From Hyaloraphidium curvatum SAG 235-1 (taxonomy: Eukaryota; Fungi; Monoblepharomycota): a stretch of 64,000 bases of DNA. The stretch is from positions 186,001 to 250,000 of the forward strand of contig JAIVFI010000022.1 in NCBI GenBank assembly GCA_025558095.1, written 5' to 3'. A program made the position numbers and the translations under genes. Position 1 is the stretch's first letter. Each line of letters opens with the position of its first letter. Below the pieces are notes generated by a model that was not told where the DNA came from, searched no databases, and saw only the letters and a program-made list of their open reading frames with translations. Below are positions 10,914 to 20,859 of this stretch, piece after piece.

Positions 10914-12836
10914 TCACTTTTTCGCCCACGGACTCCCGCTGTACGGCCCCGCCTTCTTCTTCCCCTTGGCCTCTTCCGTCTTTGCCTCCTCCTTCTTCTC
11001 CTCCACCTTCTCCTCCTTGGCAGGTGCCTCATCTCCCCCCCCGAGCAGCGTCGCCGGCCCGTCCGCCCCGCCCATCATCTCCTCCACCGCGTCCGCGGAC
11101 GACGCCAGCGCGGCGTCGGCCTTGGCCTTTGCCTGCGCCAGCGAGTGCCTGGCGTCGGCCGCGAGCTCCCCTGCGCGGGAGGCGAGGTGCTTCGCTTCCT
11201 CCGCCACGCTCGACGCCGCCTTGCCCGCATCCGCAGCGACCTCCTCCGATCCCGCGACCAGATCCTTGGCCATCTCGACCGCCCCCTCCACCGCCTCCTC
11301 CACCTTCTTCGCGATCCCCGCGGCGGCGTCGCCGGCGGCCTCGGCTGCATCAGCGGCCCCGCGCACCGCCTCGCCCGCCGACTTGACCGCCGATGCGAGC
11401 CCCTCCCCCGCGTCCTCGACGGCGTCCTTGGCGAGCGCGACGGCGCCGGCGGCCGCCGCGGCGGCGCGGTCTAGCAGGGACGGCCCGTCCTTCTCGGGCG
11501 CGGGCTCCGACCTGGCGGGGGCGGGCGCGACCCTGGCCGGCTTGGCCGGTTCCGACTTGGCCGGCTTAGGCTTGGGCGCAGACGCCGCGAGCGCCTCGCC
11601 CACGGCCTTCTCGCCCGGCCCCGCCGCCAGCCTGCCCTCGGCGCGCGCAAGGTGGTCGCCCGGGGCGTCCTTGCCCTTGTCCGTCTTGGCTGCCGGCACG
11701 GGGCCGGGTGATGCGGCGGGAGCAGGGGCGGGGGCGGAGGCGGCGAGCGCGGAAAGGTTGGAGGCCGCGAGGAGGGTGGCTTCGTCCTTGGCCTTTTTCT
11801 GTTGAGGCGAAGGGCGATCAGCGACAACGAATGGGGAAAGGGATAGACAACTCACCTCAGCTTCGCGGCGTGCTTCCGCGGCGGCGCGCGCCTCGATGAC
11901 CGCTTTCTCGGCCGCCTCCTCCTCGGCCTTGAGCCTCTCCAGCTCCGCCTCGCGCTCCTTGACCCTCCTCTTGCGCTCCTCCAGCTCCCTCTCCCTCTGC
12001 TCCTTCCTCGCCTCCTTCCTCTTTTTCCACCACTCGCTCTCGGGGATCATCCAGTACAGGCACAGCGCGGCCAGGCTGCCCAGCCACGCCCGCAGGTTGG
12101 CGTACCACCCCGGCGCCGCGCCCAGGCGGACCATGTACATGTCGGCGGCCAGCATGCCCGCGTGCGATGCGGAGAGGAGGTACAGCGCGGGGGAGGTGGG
12201 GAGGGAGGTGGCGAACCAGGCGACGAGGGATGGGACGACGGAGAGGGTGAAGAGGGCGCCCGGGGAGGTCGGGTTGCTGAGTAGGTCCCGGGGGAGGAGG
12301 TTGGACCAGATGGTGGGGGGCGGGGCGGTTTGCGGGGAGGGCTCGTCCTCGGCGGGTGCGGCCGGGGGCTCGTCGGCGGCGGGGGCGCCGCCAAAGGTCT
12401 TTGCCATAGCGAGGCCCCAGTACGGCCCGCCGAGGAAGGTCAGGATGACGGCGCCGTAGCCGATCCCCAGCTGCCGCCACACGTCTGCGGAGCCCGACAG
12501 CGCGGCACACGCTGCAAAGGGCAGCAGCCCCGCGACGCCGAGGATGCGCGCCTCGGCGGGCACGCCGCGCATCGAGAGGATGCTGGCGAGCGAGAAGGAG
12601 CCGGGGCCCGTGGCGGGCAGCGGCGCGGGCGGCTCCGGCTGAGAGAGGAAGAAGGAGAAGCCCGACGCGGCGCGGCGGGCGGGCGGAGGCGGGCTGCGGC
12701 GCGGCGCGGGGCGCGGGGGAAGATGCAGCGCCGACCGCGCCATCGCGGCCATCGGCGGCGCGGAGAGGCCAAAGGCCGGCCGGCGGGCGGCCAGCGGCGC
12801 AGGACGCGCGCGGACGAGTGCGGAGGACGCCCACAT
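10914..12836 (-). CDS. DUF3429/TMEM69-family mitochondrial membrane protein with coiled-coil and Ala-rich (LEA-like) C-terminal tail
   Basis: LGVAGLLPF and YGAVILTFLGGPYWGLAM motifs; Arg/Ala-rich targeting-like N-terminus; probable in-frame intron 11799-11855. Confidence 0.75.
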   Translation of the reverse strand: MWASSALVRARPAPLAARRPAFGLSAPPMAAMARSALHLPPRPAPRRSPPPPARRAASGFSFFLSQPEPPAPLPATGPGSFSLASILSMRGVPAEARILGVAGLLPFAACAALSGSADVWRQLGIGYGAVILTFLGGPYWGLAMAKTFGGAPAADEPPAAPAEDEPSPQTAPPPTIWSNLLPRDLLSNPTSPGALFTLSVVPSLVAWFATSLPTSPALYLLSASHAGMLAADMYMVRLGAAPGWYANLRAWLGSLAALCLYWMIPESEWWKKRKEARKEQRERELEERKRRVKEREAELERLKAEEEAAEKAVIEARAAAEARREAEVSCLSLSPFVVADRPSPQQKKAKDEATLLAASNLSALAASAPAPAPAASPGPVPAAKTDKGKDAPGDHLARAEGRLAAGPGEKAVGEALAASAPKPKPAKSEPAKPARVAPAPARSEPAPEKDGPSLLDRAAAAAAGAVALAKDAVEDAGEGLASAVKSAGEAVRGAADAAEAAGDAAAGIAKKVEEAVEGAVEMAKDLVAGSEEVAADAGKAASSVAEEAKHLASRAGELAADARHSLAQAKAKADAALASSADAVEEMMGGADGPATLLGGGDEAPAKEEKVEEKKEEAKTEEAKGKKKAGPYSGSPWAKK

Positions 12837-12944
12837 CGCGGGAGAGGGTGCGGTGGCGCCGGCAAGGGCTCAGGGTGCCGCGACGTGTCTGCGAAAAGGG
12901 GTTTGCCGTAGCCGCCCAGGCCATTGAACCGTGGGCTTTTTCGA

Positions 12945-13244
12945 TCCGTCAGACCTGAAAAGTGGGCTTTCAACGAGCTCGCCGAGGCCGCGCGGCTTGC
13001 GGTGTACACCCGCGGGTGCCCCCGGGCGAACCGGACGCTCCGAGCTCAGGATCTCCGCCCTCCCGGGCCTCTCGGTTTACGGTTTCGTGACCTGGCCCCG
13101 TGGGAACGCGATCTTTGCAGAGCAATCGCGGAGCTGCCCGACTTTGCCCTGGACCTGCTGTATCTCTCGGCGCAGGAGACCAAGCTTCGACCATCGGAGC
13201 CTCCCGCGGCTTCGGCCCGGGCCCCTGCCAGGGCGTCGGGGTGA
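12945..13244 (+). pseudogene. BTB gene relic (C-terminal fragment)
   Basis: EKWAFNELAEAA...RTLR...AIAELPDFALDLLYLSAQE matches the C-terminal half of the BTB genes at 10090 and 17139, but there is no BTB N-terminus or ATG. Confidence 0.65.
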
Positions 13245-13370
13245 GGCAACTCGCAGCTCAAAGGAGGCGCCCATCCGCCGGTTCGCTGCTGAAGAAGATT
13301 TCGGATCCGTCCTATAACACGGCTGCGGATCCAAGCATCCTGTGTACATCCTGTGCCGAGCACCGTAGCT

Positions 13371-15016
13371 TTAAACGCCGCAGAAGCTCTCCATCCGCAC
13401 GTCCACGCCGAGCCCCCGGAGCAACCCCCACACCGCAAACGCCACCGTGGCAATCGTGGCGTACAACGTCCGAATGCTCCCGAAGGTGATCTCAAACCCC
13501 AGGATCCTGGCCTTGCGACCGCCCTCGGCCGCCGACCCCGCCAGCGTCTCCAGCGCCGCCGCGTGCGCCCGCACGTGTTCGACGGCACGCGAAGGTGCCG
13601 TGGGACCGGATGCGGGGTGCGCGGCGAGGAGCAGCCGCTTGAGGGCCGAGGCGGCCTGGGCGTACTGCGACGCCGAGTCGGCGGCTTCGGCGTTGATCAG
13701 GGCGGCGACCCAGAGCTCGTGGAAGAGGGTAAGGAGGTACCACGCGAGGTACACGACGATCCAGGCGGGAACACAGCGGCCCACTATCTGTATGAGGGGC
13801 ACGCAGTCACGGAGGGCGGACCATGCGGCGACTTTTGGACCCACCGCGTTCACCACGCCGTAGACCACGAGCGCGGGAAAGAGCCGGGCGATGTTCCTCG
13901 GCTGGAGACTGACGAGGGTGATGCTAGCCTTCACCTGCTCCCAGATCCGCGGCCGAGCAGGGCGTACTCGTCCACACCGTCCATGCCCGGGCCGCCACGC
14001 AGCACGTCCGCGCAGCTTCGGAGGGTGCATTCCAAACACAGGGCAATGGCGCGGTGGCGAAGCCGCGAGGTGGAGAGCATGCCAGAGGATGTCACCGCGA
14101 GGAGGGGCAGGCGACAGAGGATTAGCGGTACGGTGGCACACAGGCCCAGGGCCACCACCGCGCCCGACCACGCGTTGGACCACGTGTCGGCGGCTAGGGT
14201 GACGATGGGGGTCCAAAGAATGCTGACGAAGCAGAACATGAAGAGGAGCGAGTGCGAAACGACGACGAGCAGACGTTGCCCCAGGGCGCTCCCAGGGAGT
14301 TTACCGGCGCAAGCCTTCCTGGCGCAGGGGCACATGGGGTCCCCGGCAAAGTGGCGCACGAGATCCCGCTGGCCATGGTCAGCGGCTTCATCGTCGACGG
14401 TCCCGACACCAGAAAGAGCGATCCACCGATGAAAGCCCGCCAATCTGTTTGCGAACCACGGGCCCTGGGCGATCGCTAGCCTGGCCTGTACGAGGCTGCG
14501 CGACCGGGGCCAGCAAAGTGCCTCTGCCCACGACGATCCACGAATGACGTGGCCTTCAGCTTGGAAAATCCCGACAACCAGCATGTGCGCGACAGGGAAA
14601 GCGAACCCAACAGCAAGGCTCGCCGTCGGGCTCCCGTCCGCGACCAGGAATACCAAGGCGACCGCGAGGCCGGCGGCGATGCCGGCAGTGCAAATCCAAG
14701 CCAAGGTCACATTGAACGCCATCAACGGCGTTATAGAACCCTGCACTCGGGTGAACAGCTCCAAGCCCGGGAAGGGCGCCAGCACGCCGAGGCCGGGGTC
14801 CGCCGCCCGCGCGCCGGCCGCGGTGTCCGGCGGCCGCAGGAGCTTCTCGAGGTCGTCCGAAGCCTCGTCGTCGCCCGGGAAGAATGCCGGCGGCGGCGGG
14901 GGCGGCTTCAGCGGCAGGAGCGCGGCCAGCTCGTCCGCCGTGAAGGGCTGGAAGTGCCGCCGGGCGCGCGTTTCCGGGCCGCCCTCGACGGGCTTTGCTG
15001 CGTTCTCCTGCGACAT
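13371..15016 (-). CDS. Putative 7TM GRL-like membrane protein, subfamily A copy 3; one frameshift near 13950
   Basis: Inverted paralog of copies 1 and 2; conserved intron 13788-13844. One base is missing at G-P-R-I-W (GGCCGCGGATCTGG), splitting ORFs 13931..15175 and 13371..14216. Confidence 0.7.
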
Positions 15017-15269
15017 GGCTCTGCGGTCTCGGGCCCTCGTGCCGATCCGTCGTCCAGGCTTGCCGTTCAAACGAACTGCGGCCCAGCCAGCCAGGCAGCT
15101 TCCTCTCGAGCGACATTGTCCCGCAGGCAGGGTCCCATGGATCCGAGAACCAGGATAAGCAGTTTGTTCGACCATCTTTCGAATCCGATATGCTCCAGGT
15201 TCCAGAGATCGGATGGCTGGGGATGTCGTCTGGCGGGCGACGAGGCCTTGGCGCGGAGCGGGCGGTTGG

Positions 15270-15851
15270 AACGCAGACAGCGAGCCCGTCGGCGACCGCT
15301 GGACAACTGAGGTCTACGTCACTCTGCACACGGCGTACGAACAGCGGTGGCGCGCGGCCCGCGCCGTAACCGCGCTCTCCTACAACAGCTTCACAACGGT
15401 GACTTCCGTCGCCACCCCCCTCGTCCTGACCACGTGCGCCGTGGCCAACGTCGCCGTGGGCTCCTGCATTCCCTTATGGATCATCGTCTGGCTCCTCGTC
15501 ACCCTCAGCCGGCTCTACATCGACCTCGCGCAGCTCCCGGCGGCCAACGACCAGATTGACAGCATCCTCTCCCTCTACCTCGACGCCCGGACTGCACTCC
15601 AGGCCATGCTCACCCAGGCCGCGCGGGTGCAAGGGCAACCCGCCGCCGCTGAGCTGCGCGAACACGTCGTCCTGCTGACCTCCTTTTGCGCCGCTGACAA
15701 CCTGCGGGCAACCTTCGTGGGGATCGTGGTGACCTGGGGCTTGGCAAAGACGCTGCTGGCGACCACCGTGACGCTCTCGGTGGCGCTTTGGAGCGTGCTC
15801 AGGGGGGCGGGGATGAGCTTCACGATCGAGTCGGTCTGTCCGAGCTATTGA
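15270..15851 (+). pseudogene. 5'-truncated copy of the subfamily-B membrane gene
   Basis: PVGDRWTTEVYVTLHTAYEQRWRAARAV...ESVCPSY is highly similar to 1664-2240 (minus) but lacks the N-terminal ~290 aa. It is fused directly to the upstream region of copy 3. Confidence 0.75.
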
Positions 15852-16035
15852 GAAGGGAGGGAGGGACGCTTGCTGATGAAGGACTGGGACGCCTGGCACG
15901 CCAACAAGCAAGATATATTTCGTAACGTTGAAGAGCATCATCGCATGCCGTGCACGACGGATTCGACTGAATGGGATTCGCGTCCCCGCCCGTCTCAGAG
16001 CCCAACTCGAAACCTTAGACCTTCCCCGCCCCGCG

Positions 16036-16944
16036 ATGGCCGAGGACCGGCATCTCCAACGCCTCGAATTTCAGGTGGACTCCTATCAGAAGTTCCTGGC
16101 CGGGCTCGAGAACCCGACGGAGGAGCAGCTCGCGGAGTTCAGCAAAAGGATGGCGGCGCTGGACGCGTACCGGGACGGCCGAACGGGCACCGGGCCGGCG
16201 GTCAAGGCCGAACCCGGGACAGAGAATCATGGGACGCGGGCGGCAAACGGGGAAGGCGCGGGTTCGGCGGGCGGGGAGTCCGCGGGGGGTGCGGGAGCGG
16301 GGTCTGCCGGCGACGGGCCGAGGAACGCGAGGAAAATGAGGGTCACCGGTGGGCTCTTTTCGGGCGCTCAGTCGGGAGCTTCCTGGGTTATTGATCCCCG
16401 CGTGTTGCCATAGTCCGCCCCCAGTCCAGCTCGCACCAGGAAGTCAGTGGGTGCCATCGCTTGCTACGGAACCGACCGCCTTCCAATACCGCTGCCCAGC
16501 GTTCGTCGTCAAGGCCTCCTCCAAGTTCTCCAAGATCTTCGTACGATCTCCCTCCCGCTCCCACGCCGTCGGGCACTGACCTGTTCGCCCGCGCGCCAGG
16601 AGGAGTACGAGAGGAAGTGCAATGCGGTGTGCCCGTCGCCACGCCGGCCGAACGGTAGCGTTGACCGGCTCCTTTGCCTTTTGTCAGGCATCGGGTGTGT
16701 TCAGGTATCACTACGACGGCGCAAGACTCCGCAAGGACCAGACTGTGGGCGAGGTGGGCCCCGTTCGCGCCTCTCCGCCGGCCCAGGCGCCTACGACGCT
16801 GATTGCCGCTCTTCCGCATCAGATAGAGCCGGATGACGACGGTAGGTCCGCTGCTGAAGGCGCCGCAGCGCGGCTACTCAATTCTGCGTCGAAGAAATGG
16901 TCGTCGACGCCTTCCAGGAGGCGGCGGTGGGGGGTCGTTGCTGA
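16036..16944 (+). CDS. Divergent SUMO-like ubiquitin-fold protein with ~100-aa N-terminal extension (7 exons)
   Basis: Splicing six GT-AG introns (about 16349-16413, 16448-16499, 16541-16599, 16628-16687, 16754-16822, 16842-16893) yields ...MRVTVRPQSSSHQEVTFVVKASSKFSKIFEEYERKCNAASGVFRYHYDGARLRKDQTVGEIEPDDDEMVVDAFQEAAVGGRC*, colinear with SUMO and ending GG-RC. Confidence 0.8.
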
Positions 16945-17138
16945 AGACGTGGTGCGAGCATAAGCATCGCGCGCCGTTCCACATCGCCTTCTGAAGCAGC
17001 ATGGTTGGTAGTCAGTGTTAGAGCACTAGCGAGGCGGGGAGCGCGGCTGGTTCAGGGTGGAGCTGTGCATTCTTTGCGGCGGGGCCATGGCGGTATGGGT
17101 GAGAAAGCCACTATACCGACCGCCGCGAAAACCAAACC

Positions 17139-17949
17139 ATGCAGCCCACTCTCGCGCCTTCGAGCGCCTCCGTTGAGCGGCCCCGCTTCCGCTTCGCCGC
17201 TCCCCTGTTCTTCGGCGCGGACAGCGCGCCGCCGACGCCGCACGGACCGCTCACGGCGTTCGTGTCGAGCCTCCGCGGGCCCGTCGCGCGACTCGTCGTC
17301 GGCCCAGAGAAGGTCAATCTTCACGTGCACAAGGAACTCGCGTGCCGTGTGCCGTTCCTGCGCGCCGCGCTCGACGGCGAGTTCGCTGAGGCCGCGAGCG
17401 GGGTGGTCGAGCTGCCTCACAAGCAGCCCGGAGGCGGTCGGGCCGCTGGTCGAGTACCTCTACACCCGCAGGCTGAACGTCACGCCCTGGAACGAGTTCG
17501 ATCGAAAGCTCGCGTACGCCAAGGTCCGCGTGCTTGCGGGGAAGTGGGCGTTCGACGAGTTGGAGGAGATTGCCCTCTCGTTCGCCACGGGTAAAATGCT
17601 GCGGTTCTCGGTTCCCTCCGCTGTGGACGCGTCGAGGGACAAGATGCTGCGAAAGGAACACGAGATGAAGCACCTCGCGTACCTAAAGGAGATCTACCAG
17701 ATCAGCCCGTCTGGCTCCATGCTTCGTATCCCCGCTGAAGCGTCGTTCAAGGCCTGCGACCTGATCAGGGAACTGAAGGGGACCGAAGAGCTCGAGACCG
17801 CGATTGCAGAGGTGCCGGAGCTCGCTGTCGATCTCCTGTACCGTGCCGCACAGGAGGAGGAGGATGCCAAGAAGCCAACCAGCCCCGAAAGTGCCGAAGC
17901 AGCGGTTCCCAGGGACCGACCCGGGTTCGTTTTCCAGGTCCCGCGCTAA
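17139..17949 (+). CDS. BTB/POZ domain protein (paralog of 10090-10752); one frameshift near 17428
   Basis: LVVGPEKVNLHVHKELACRVPFLRAALDGEFAE in ORF 17139..17594 continues as EAVGPLVEYLY...LAGKWAFDEL in ORF 17005..17949. Extra C in CAGCCCGGAG. Confidence 0.8.
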
Positions 17950-18026
17950 GCGGACACCTATTGCGTACCCTCGGAACATCTGCGGGCCAATTAATCGGCC
18001 AGATAGACGCGCGAATCCTGTGTAAT

Positions 18027-19661
18027 CTAGTTATCAACCATCTCGGGGGTCATAACGATCACCGTCGGCTTCCCCTTCCCCCAGCACCCCCCGATCGCCC
18101 TCCCCAGCGCCTCCAGATCCCCCGGCCTCTCCGCATCGCACCCGAACCCCCTCGCCACGGCCTCGAAGTCCGGATTCCGCGCCCGCACCGCGTTGGGCTC
18201 GATCCCCTTGCGCACCATGTCGTCCCTGATCTCCCCGAGCGCTGAATTATCCCACACCAGCACCGCCAGGTCCATCCCGAGCTCGGCGGCGGTGGAGAGC
18301 TCGGGAAGCGTGTAGCCGAAGCCGTAGTCGCCCACCAGCACCGCCGCGGGGACGCCGGGGCGGGCGAGGGAGGCGCCAATGGCGGCGGGCAACGCAAAGC
18401 CGAGGGTGCCGAAGCCCACAGGGTGCAAGTACGTGCGGGGCGCGTAGACGGGGAAGATCTCGTTGGCGGCATAGGCGGGCTGGGTCATGTCGGTGGCGAG
18501 GATGCAGTCCTGCGGGAGGGCGGCGCGGATGGCCGCGAGAAGGTGGCGCATGATGCCGCGGAGGGGATCGTCGAAGGAGGGTTCGGTGTCGAGGTAGGTC
18601 TTGACGAGCTGGGCCGAGCGCTCGAAACGTTCTCCTGTGTCGAGGTGTGCGGGAAGGGCCGCTAGGATGGCGGAGAGCGCGGCTGAGGCGTCGGCGAGGA
18701 TGGCGACCTCGGCCGGGTAAGGGCGGGCCAGGACGGCGGGATCCAGGTCGATCCGGATCATGTGCTTGCCAAAAATCGGCGGCTCCGGGGAGTAAAAGTC
18801 CGTTTCCGCCAGCTCGCTCCCGACGACCAGCACGACGTCCGCCGATGAAAGCAGTTCGCGTGCAGCAGCCTGCGGCATGCGCGCACCAAGGCACAGGGGA
18901 TGATCCGAGGACACGACGCCCTTGCCGGCGACGGTCGTGAGCACGGGGCATCCCAGCCTGTCCACGAGCGCGACGGCCTGCGCGGATGCGTCCACGGCGC
19001 CTCCGCCAAAGACAATGATCGGCCGCTCGGCAGAGGAAAGCAAGGCGGCCGCCTCCTCGATAAGTCCCGGATCGGGAAACGCCCGTCGCGGCAGCGCTTG
19101 CTTCCGAAAGGCCGCCGTCTTGGCCCCCAGGACGTCGATGGGCAGCTCGATGTAGGCAGGCCGAGGCCGCGCGGCCTTCATCCCGGCAAAAGCAGCAGCC
19201 ACGGCCTGCTCGACGTCGGCCGGAGCCGTCGGGCCGAAAGAGTACTCGGTTACAGCGGCGGCCGCTCCCCTCTGGCTCCGCATCTCGTGCAGCCTGCCCC
19301 GTCCCTGCGCCGAATCGGCGATGTCCAGCGACGACGACAGCAGCAGCACCGGCGACGAGTCCGAGTACGCCTGCGCGAGCCCCGTCAGCGCGTTGAGGAC
19401 GCCCGGGCCCGTAATCGAAATCGCCACGCCCGGGCGGCCCGACGCGCGGGTAAAGCCATCCGCCATGAATGCCGCACCCTGCTCGTGCCGCGCGAGCACG
19501 TGCTTTATGCCCGACGCGGGCAGCGCCCGGTAGAGCTCCACATTGTGCACTCCGGGGATGCCGAACGCGTGCGTGACGCCGTAGTCGCGGAGCAGGTGGA
19601 CGAGGGCCTCCCCGACGGAGGAAGGTCCGTGAACGTCGGTGGACGCGTTGGAGTGCTCCAT
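18027..19661 (-). CDS. aruI: ThDP-dependent 2-oxoacid decarboxylase, 5-guanidino-2-oxopentanoate (2-ketoarginine) decarboxylase-like
   Basis: FGIPGVHNVELY, RHEQGAAFMADG, ITGPG, GRGRLHE, GFGTLGFALPAAIGA and the ThDP motif GDYG...WDN. Intronless, 544 aa. Substrate assignment is from family resemblance. Confidence 0.75.
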   Translation of the reverse strand: MEHSNASTDVHGPSSVGEALVHLLRDYGVTHAFGIPGVHNVELYRALPASGIKHVLARHEQGAAFMADGFTRASGRPGVAISITGPGVLNALTGLAQAYSDSSPVLLLSSSLDIADSAQGRGRLHEMRSQRGAAAAVTEYSFGPTAPADVEQAVAAAFAGMKAARPRPAYIELPIDVLGAKTAAFRKQALPRRAFPDPGLIEEAAALLSSAERPIIVFGGGAVDASAQAVALVDRLGCPVLTTVAGKGVVSSDHPLCLGARMPQAAARELLSSADVVLVVGSELAETDFYSPEPPIFGKHMIRIDLDPAVLARPYPAEVAILADASAALSAILAALPAHLDTGERFERSAQLVKTYLDTEPSFDDPLRGIMRHLLAAIRAALPQDCILATDMTQPAYAANEIFPVYAPRTYLHPVGFGTLGFALPAAIGASLARPGVPAAVLVGDYGFGYTLPELSTAAELGMDLAVLVWDNSALGEIRDDMVRKGIEPNAVRARNPDFEAVARGFGCDAERPGDLEALGRAIGGCWGKGKPTVIVMTPEMVDN

Positions 19662-19943
19662 CTTCGCGATTCGTGGTCGTCCTGCGACTGACTCGCGTCG
19701 CGTGTTTATGCGAGCCCGGCGCCTGCCGCCGCTTCTACAAATCTCCTTCCTAGTTCCTGCAGATTCAGGCTACACTGGAAGGTCCTCGAGCCCTGGCATT
19801 ATTGAGAGTAGCTAGATACCTCAATGCCGCGCCCGACGACAGAAACAAGCAAGCCGGCGGAGACCTATAGTCGCAGTCGCCGCTTCGTCCTGTATTCGCC
19901 TTGAACCCAGTTCAAAGTGCCAGGCAAGCAAGCCAGCCACTCC

Positions 19944-20859
19944 TCACGGTCCGGGACAGATGGTCTCGGGGGTAAACAAGACACCGAATCCGCGCATGAT
20001 CGACCACGCCGCCAGCGCAATAGTCAAGGTGGTCACCCCAATCGTCTCGACAGCACCAAAAGTGACTTCAAACCCCAAGAACGTCCCCATCTGCGACACG
20101 GAATCGGGTTGCGAGAAGGCTGCAAGCATGTCCCGATGCGCCAGAAGCGATAGCTTGATCTGTTCCGGTGGATTCCGCCCAATCAGCAGCAGCGTGCGGA
20201 CCCTGGCAGCGGCGAGCACGCGCGCGAGGTTGCGCACGCCAGCATTGGCACCGGCAATGGAAAGAAGGTCGTTGGCGAGAATAGATACCAAGAGAAGCAC
20301 CAACCCGAGCTGCCAGAGCGCGATGCACCCGGCTCCAGCGGCGTTGATGGCGGCCTCCAGAAGATACACGGCCAAGAGGGCCACCAGCACCGTTCGCCCG
20401 GCGGAGGCACCGGGGGCTTGGGAGGGCCAGGTTTCGGCGACGGATCGGTAAAGTGCAACGTAGGGTTCGTCGGACGGTTGGCAGACATTGTGCCGCGTTC
20501 CCGGTGCTTGCGGAGGCGGAACACGCCGCCGGCTTCCTCGTTGAGAATCCACGTGCAGCGACGATGGGAGCCCAGTAGATCGACTGAACCAGCATTCGCT
20601 GACCGGTGTAGCGGGCATATGGGTTCAGGGCCAGCCCGAGCCTCGCCAGCCGTTGCAGCGCGGGCCACGGTGCCAGCCCCGCAAGCAGGTCCCGGGGCTC
20701 GAGCAGCGCGTCCGCTGCGGGGTCTGCGGAGGATTTGGACTGTTTGGAGTCGCCCACACGCTCGGTTGCCGGCGGTCCTCCAGGGAACACCGCGAGCGTT
20801 TCGGCGCGCGTGAGTTGCAGCGGCGCCGGCGGCGTGTCGCTGCCCGGCGGCGGGTCCAT
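19944..20859 (-). pseudogene. Degenerate, internally deleted GRL-like membrane gene (third subfamily)
   Basis: The N-terminus (LAVFP...LLEPRDLLAGLAPWPAL) and QSIYWAPIV resemble the family. The C-terminus in another frame ends GTFLGFEVTFGAVETIGVTTLTIALAAWSIMRG...ETICPGP. About 300 codons versus about 500 in intact copies. Confidence 0.6.
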
